Shown piece after piece: positions 59,031 through 64,000 of a stretch of DNA of 64,000 nt (positions are counted from its first letter, which is position 1; each line of letters begins with the position of its first letter). Source of the DNA: Pristiophorus japonicus. Taxonomy: Eukaryota. The notes below the pieces were generated by a model, which saw only the letters and a program-made list of their open reading frames with translations, searched no databases and was not told the DNA's origin. Position numbers and translations under genes: made by a program. Location of the stretch: the NCBI RefSeq assembly GCF_044704955.1, contig NC_092006.1, positions 5,084,001 through 5,148,000 on the forward strand, in the 5' to 3' direction.

Positions 59031-60350
59031 AGAACAGAAAATGTAGTAACCTGTTTTATTTCACATGTTATTGAGAGAAATTTGCATCTCTAGATAGGAA
59101 CCTAGTATTACAATATTACCAGAATATATACCTACTTGATACAGAATATATGCTTTCATTGTTGAATAAACTGGCCTATGTTTTCATACTGAGAATCAGA
59201 ATCATACACATCATGTAATGAAGATGAACAAATGTAATTATCGGCCCATCTGGATTAGTTTGCCCCAGGATCTTAATCTGGTCCTGAAGGGCAGCAGGTG
59301 CATGGGAACACCACCCCCTCCACATTCCCCTCCCAGTCACACACCATCCCGACTTGGGAATATATTGGCCGTTCCTTCATCGTCGCTGGGTCACAATCCT
59401 GGAACTCCCTCCCTAACAGCACTGTGGGAGCACCTTCACCACACGGACTGCAGCGGTTCAAGAAGGCGGCTCACCACCACCTTCTCAAGGGGCAATTAGG
59501 GATGGGCAATAAATGCCGGCCTTGGCCAGTGATGTCCATATCCCAGGAACAAATAAAAAAAAATTTATTAAAAGGTAAAGAAAAGTGTGTAATATTCTTA
59601 CCACGTTAACCTGAAACAACTCAAAAGTTATCCCACATAAAGCATTCTGTATCTTCACCAGTTAGAATCAATATATCGGAGATGAGCAAGCCATCTGCCA
59701 GAACTGTAACCAAAGCATGTTTTTTATTACTTTAACAGGTTCTCTAGGGGATATATTTTTCTCGTTTTCCAATTCAAACGTGCAAACAAGTGATCGGATT
59801 TTGTATTTTTTTTAAAATCCAGACTTATTCATGCATAATTCATGTTTCCATAAAAGTTGAATTAGTACTTAAAATAAAAAGCAAAGTGCGTATATATCAA
59901 ATTCTTACAAACTTTTCACCCAACTCCCTCAGTGTACTTCCTCCCAGATCGCCCCAGTGCAGATTCTCGGAGATTTTGCTCTCAAATTTTGTTGAATTTC
60001 CACTCAGAATTATTCGCAGTGAAATCACAAGCCAGCTGGAATACCTTCGCGGTTCCGCTAACAATAGCGATCATAAGGCAGCCTTAACCGTACCGCTAAT
60101 AGATTGCAGCCGGGGTTCAATTTCCCTTCGGTTATTCGGTGTACGGAAACGCCTGCGTGCAGCATTGGGGGGGGGGGGGGGACAAAGGTTCAATGTAACC
60201 TCCTCCTGGCAAAACACTTGCAATTTAGGAGCATCGAACACAAGTAGGAACATTTTTTTAACATAGTCCTACTCCGGTTAAAAGGCTCGGCTGTGACCAC
60301 CAACACTCGGCTGTGTGGCCCAATGCTGTCCCGGGGAATTTACAGCCACG

Positions 60351-61320
60351 GAAACATAGAAAATAGGTGCAGGAGCAGGCCATTCGGCCCTTCGAGCCTG
60401 CACCACCATTCGATATGATCATGGCTGGTCATGCAACTTCAGTACCCCATTCCCTGCTTTCTCTCCATACCCCCTGATCCCTTTAGCCGTAAAGGCCACA
60501 TCTAACTCCCTGTTGTCGGGCACTTCCAAAGGCAAAGGCACCTGCAGGGTGTACGTGTGCATGTATATGTAAAGGGCGGCCAGATATATAAAATGGCTGC
60601 CAGAGATTCCGCAAAGCATTAGGGGAATTTAGCTAGCCAGCTTGACTACGTTCCTAGCAACTGAAAAGGGCGCGCTCAGCAGAATGTCTCGAATCAGCAA
60701 CCCCCCCAGACAAGATGTCCTGGTAGATTACTAGACAATGGGATCCCTGTAACTGTGCAACTGAGTAATGGGATTCTCATAACTGTGTCAAGATAAGGAG
60801 GTTAGGCGCCAACAAAACCCAAGGACAGTTGAGGTAAGGGGGTCTGGAAAAACATCAGGAGACCACAAGTAACTCCCTTCCTGGACATGAAGTGATCACA
60901 CAGCCCCTGCTACTGAGGGGCCAAATCCATTGGCCCAAAGGCACCGATATGTAACCGATACTCGTTATGATTGGATTGTGTCCAGCCGAGATGGGCTGAG
61001 TAATTGTAGTGAACTGACTGTAAAACATATAAGTAGTGACGAATTGCTTTGTTCGGCGGAGAGGAGTGCCTGGAGTTACCCAGAGGCTGTCTCCCCGCCG
61101 GCGTAAACAAACCGTTTTTGACGTTTGGAACCGACCCGAGTGACGATCGATTCTTCCAGAAAACATCCGCGCCAACACTCCCTTTTGAATATATCCAACG
61201 AACTGGCCTCAACAACTTTCTGTGGTAGAGAATTCCACAGGTTCACCATTCTCTGGGTGAAGAAGTTTCTCCTCATCTCGGTCCTATATGGCTTACCCCT
61301 TACCCTTAGACTGTGACCCC
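60351..61320 (-). mobile_element. CR1 3' fragment split by a solo LTR
   Basis: …acatctaactccc|LTR|ctcccttttgaatatatcc… rejoins to continuous CR1 sequence. Confidence 0.9.
60511..61177 (+). mobile_element. Solo LTR (667 bp) of a second LTR-element family
   Basis: Termini TGTTG…CAACA; 5-bp TSD ctccc (60506-60510, 61178-61182); CCAAT-type boxes and TATA-like catataag near 61026 (strand tentative). Confidence 0.9.
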
Positions 61321-61646
61321 TAATGTGGAGTGTGACCTCTGCCAATTGCAACCCCGTTGGAGACAATTGGAACTGATCACAGGGCTGGTTCTATCGCTCA
61401 GTGTAATGAATTCTGAAACAAAACCCTCTTTGATGCGATTCATTTACCGGGGTGGACTGCACACACAGCTCTGGGTTCGTTTCTAGAGCAGTGGAATTGC
61501 AAAGGCGAGATGCTCTATGCTTACATGGAACCAAGGTTGGACCACACTTGGAGCACTGTGCATAATTCTGGTCTCCACATTCGAAAAATAGAGAAGGTAC
61601 GAAAAAGATAAACAAGGACGAGACCAAGGACTGAGGGGTTGGAATC

Positions 61647-62345
61647 ATAGAATCCGAGACGTTTACAGCAGGGAAAGAGGCCGTTCAGCCCATCGTGTCC
61701 ACGCCGGCCGACAAAGAGCCACCCAGCCTATTCCCACTTTCCAGCTCTCGGTCCGTAGCCCTGTAGGTTACAGCACTTCAGGTGCACATCCAAATGTGGT
61801 GAGGGTTTCTGCCTCTACCACCCTTTCAGGCAGTGAGTTCCAGACCCCCACCACCCTCTGGGTGAAGACATTTCACCTCAAATCACCTCTAAACCTTCCC
61901 CCCCCTCCTAATTACGTTCAATCTCTGCCCCCTGGTTGTTGACCCCTCTGCCAAGGGAAACAGGGTTACACCTATCAGGAAAGTCCTGTGGAGTGACCTA
62001 ATAGGGGGTCTTTAAAATGATGAAAGGGTAGGGCAGACAGAGAAAGGGAATGGTTCCACTTGTGATGGGAGACCAGAACCAGGGGCCGTTAATATAAGAC
62101 AGTCACTAATAAACCCAATGGGGAATTCAGGAGAAACTTCTTTACCCAGAGAGCGGTGAGAATGTGGAACTCACTGCCACAGGGGTTGAGGCGAATAGTA
62201 TCGATGCATTTAAGGGGAAGCTGGATAAACACATGAGGGAGAAAGGAATAGAGGGATATGGGGATGGGGTGAGATGGAGAGGGGTGGGAGGGGGCTGGTG
62301 TGGAGCATAAACACCGGCACGGAGCGATGGGCCGCTTCTGTGCCG
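61647..62345. mobile_element. CR1 3' fragments (61647-61965 on -, about 62000-62345 on +)
   Basis: Same 3' UTR sequences as 14510-14830 and 56060-56390. Confidence 0.8.
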
Positions 62346-62483
62346 TAATATCAAAAAGTCTTAACGACTAATGCAAACAGAGCATAACTGTGCTATGAAT
62401 TTTCCTGTGGACACAAATTACAATACATCGTGGAACACTGCAATCATTGTTATCGTTTGCCGAGGTGTTCAATCAAACTACGA

Positions 62484-63362
62484 GAAAGAAAGAAAGACTT
62501 GCATTTACATAGCGCCTTTCACGATCAAAGGACATCTCAAAGCGCTTCACAGCTAATGAAGTACTTTTGGGGTGCAGTCACTGTTGTAATGTGGGAAACG
62601 CAGCAGCCAATTTGCGCACAGCAAGCTCCCACACACAGCAATGTGATAATGACCCAGATCATCTATTTTAGTGATGTTGGTTGAGGGATAAATATTGGCC
62701 CCAGGACACCGGGGAGAACTCCCCCTGCTCTTCTTCCAATAGTGGCCGTGGGATCTTTTACATACGGGGCCTCGGTTTAATGTCTCATCTGAAAGAGGGC
62801 ACCTCCGACAGTGCGGCGCTCCCTCAGTACTGCCCCTCCAACAGTGCGGCGCTCCCTCAGAACTGCCCCTCCGACAGTGTGGCGCTCCCTCAGTACTGCC
62901 CCTCCGACAGTGCGGCGCTCCCTCAGTACCGCCCCTCCGACAGTGCGGCGCTCCCTCGGTACTGCCCCTCCGACAGTGCGGCGCTCCCTCAGAACTGCCC
63001 CTCTGACAGTGCGGCACTCCCTCTGCACTGCCCCTCCGACAGTGCGGCGCTCCCTCAGTACCACCCCTCCGACAGTGCGGCGCTCCCTCAGTACCGCTCC
63101 TCCGGCAGTGCGGCGCTCCCTCAGTACCGCCCCTCCGACAGTGCGGCGCTCCCTCAGTACTGACCCTCCGACAGTGCGGCGCTCCCTCAGTACTGCCCCG
63201 CCGACAGTGCGGCGCTCCCTCAGTACTGCCCCTCCGACAGTGTGGCACTCCCTCTGCACTGCACTGGAGTGTCAGCCTGGATTTACGTGCTCAAGTCCCT
63301 GGAGTGGGACTCGAACCCACAACCTTCTGCCTCGGAGGCGCGGGTGCTGCCCATTGAGCCAC
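62484..63362 (-). mobile_element. Full-length SacSINE1/DeuSINE-like SINE with about 14 internal 33-bp repeats
   Basis: tRNA-like head (minus strand TGGCTCAATGGGCAGCA…GGTTCGAGTCCCACTCCA), repeat block, central domain, (TTTC)n tail. Confidence 0.9.
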
Positions 63363-64000
63363 ATTGGTAAATAGTGAAGTATTCCTGTGGATCGAGTGAA
63401 TTCAGAAGAATAAACACGGTTGTCTCTGCCGTTATTTATGCAATAGGTTCAGTCAGTGGAAACCTACGCAATGGGCCTTAACAGAAAGGAGGGCAGTGCA
63501 TGATATATTTTTAAATAGTAGGACTGATTTAAGAAAGGATTTGGATTCATTCAGCTTCTGTCTGAGTGCAATGAACGAAGGTGTCTCACCGATTAGATTT
63601 CCGCGTGCATCTTGTGTCCTGGGGAGCAACAGACCAGTAACTAACACATTACATGCAGCGCGGTCTGGTCCCTTGCAAGTAAGCTGTAGCAAGAATGTGT
63701 CACAACCTCTTTGCAGAATAAACTATAATGACCACTTTCGGATAACACAGCGAGCTTTCACCTCCCAAACCCACGGCTTCCACCACCTAGAAGAACAAGG
63801 CAGCAGGCGCATGGGAACACCACCACCTCCAAGTCCCACACATAGAATCAGGGAAGGGTTACAGCACAGAGTCCGGCCATTTGTCCCGTCGAGCTCGTGC
63901 CGGCTCTCTGCAAGAGCACCTCAGCCAGTCCCACTCCCCCGCCCTTTCCCCCGTACCCTTGCAAATGTTGTTTCCTTCAGGTAATTATCCAACTCCCTTT

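Noticed and set aside
59909-60330. Minus-strand exon-like segment and two cacagcc heptamer-like words
   Set aside because: No sustained reading frame or recognisable motif, and no convincing 12/23-spaced nonamer.
63290-63362. tRNA gene
   Set aside because: It is the tRNA-derived head of the SINE, contiguous with the SINE body.
63589-63683. Minus-strand segment with acceptor- and donor-like ends (LTCKGPDRAACNVLVTGLLLPRTQDARGNLI)
   Set aside because: Isolated, no recognisable domain, and no compatible neighbouring exon inside the window.

Overview
This is a eukaryotic, repeat-saturated genomic window. The CR1 LINE subfamilies and SacSINE1/DeuSINE-like SINEs point to a cartilaginous fish (shark); that assignment is inference. 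Most ORFs in the track are CR1 ORF2 fragments, antisense shadows or translated minisatellites. Main content: (1) the 3' part of an apparently intact non-rearranging, germline-joined VJ-C1-TM immune receptor gene with a C-terminal ITIM/ITSM-like motif (exons 1-195, 287-592, 1831-1947, 2050-2108, 4307-4342), plus decayed remnants of probable paralogues (8640-8948 on +; 47013-57651 on -). (2) A recent tandem duplication with a 5,000-bp offset (about 11270-15833 / 16270-20834), apparently made by unequal crossover between SINE-borne 33-bp minisatellites. (3) An endogenous retrovirus on the minus strand (25044-36207) with a tRNA-Ser PBS, class I-type gag-pol, a non-gamma-type env with short SU and long TM, a small TM ORF overlapping the env start, a CR1 in its 3' LTR and no target-site duplication. 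(4) A tandem array of about 44 co-oriented CTCF-consensus motifs (39053-42005). (5) A Buster/Charlie hAT transposon with a perfect 8-bp TSD and an in-frame deleted transposase. (6) A 667-bp solo LTR with a 5-bp TSD. There are three assembly gaps.
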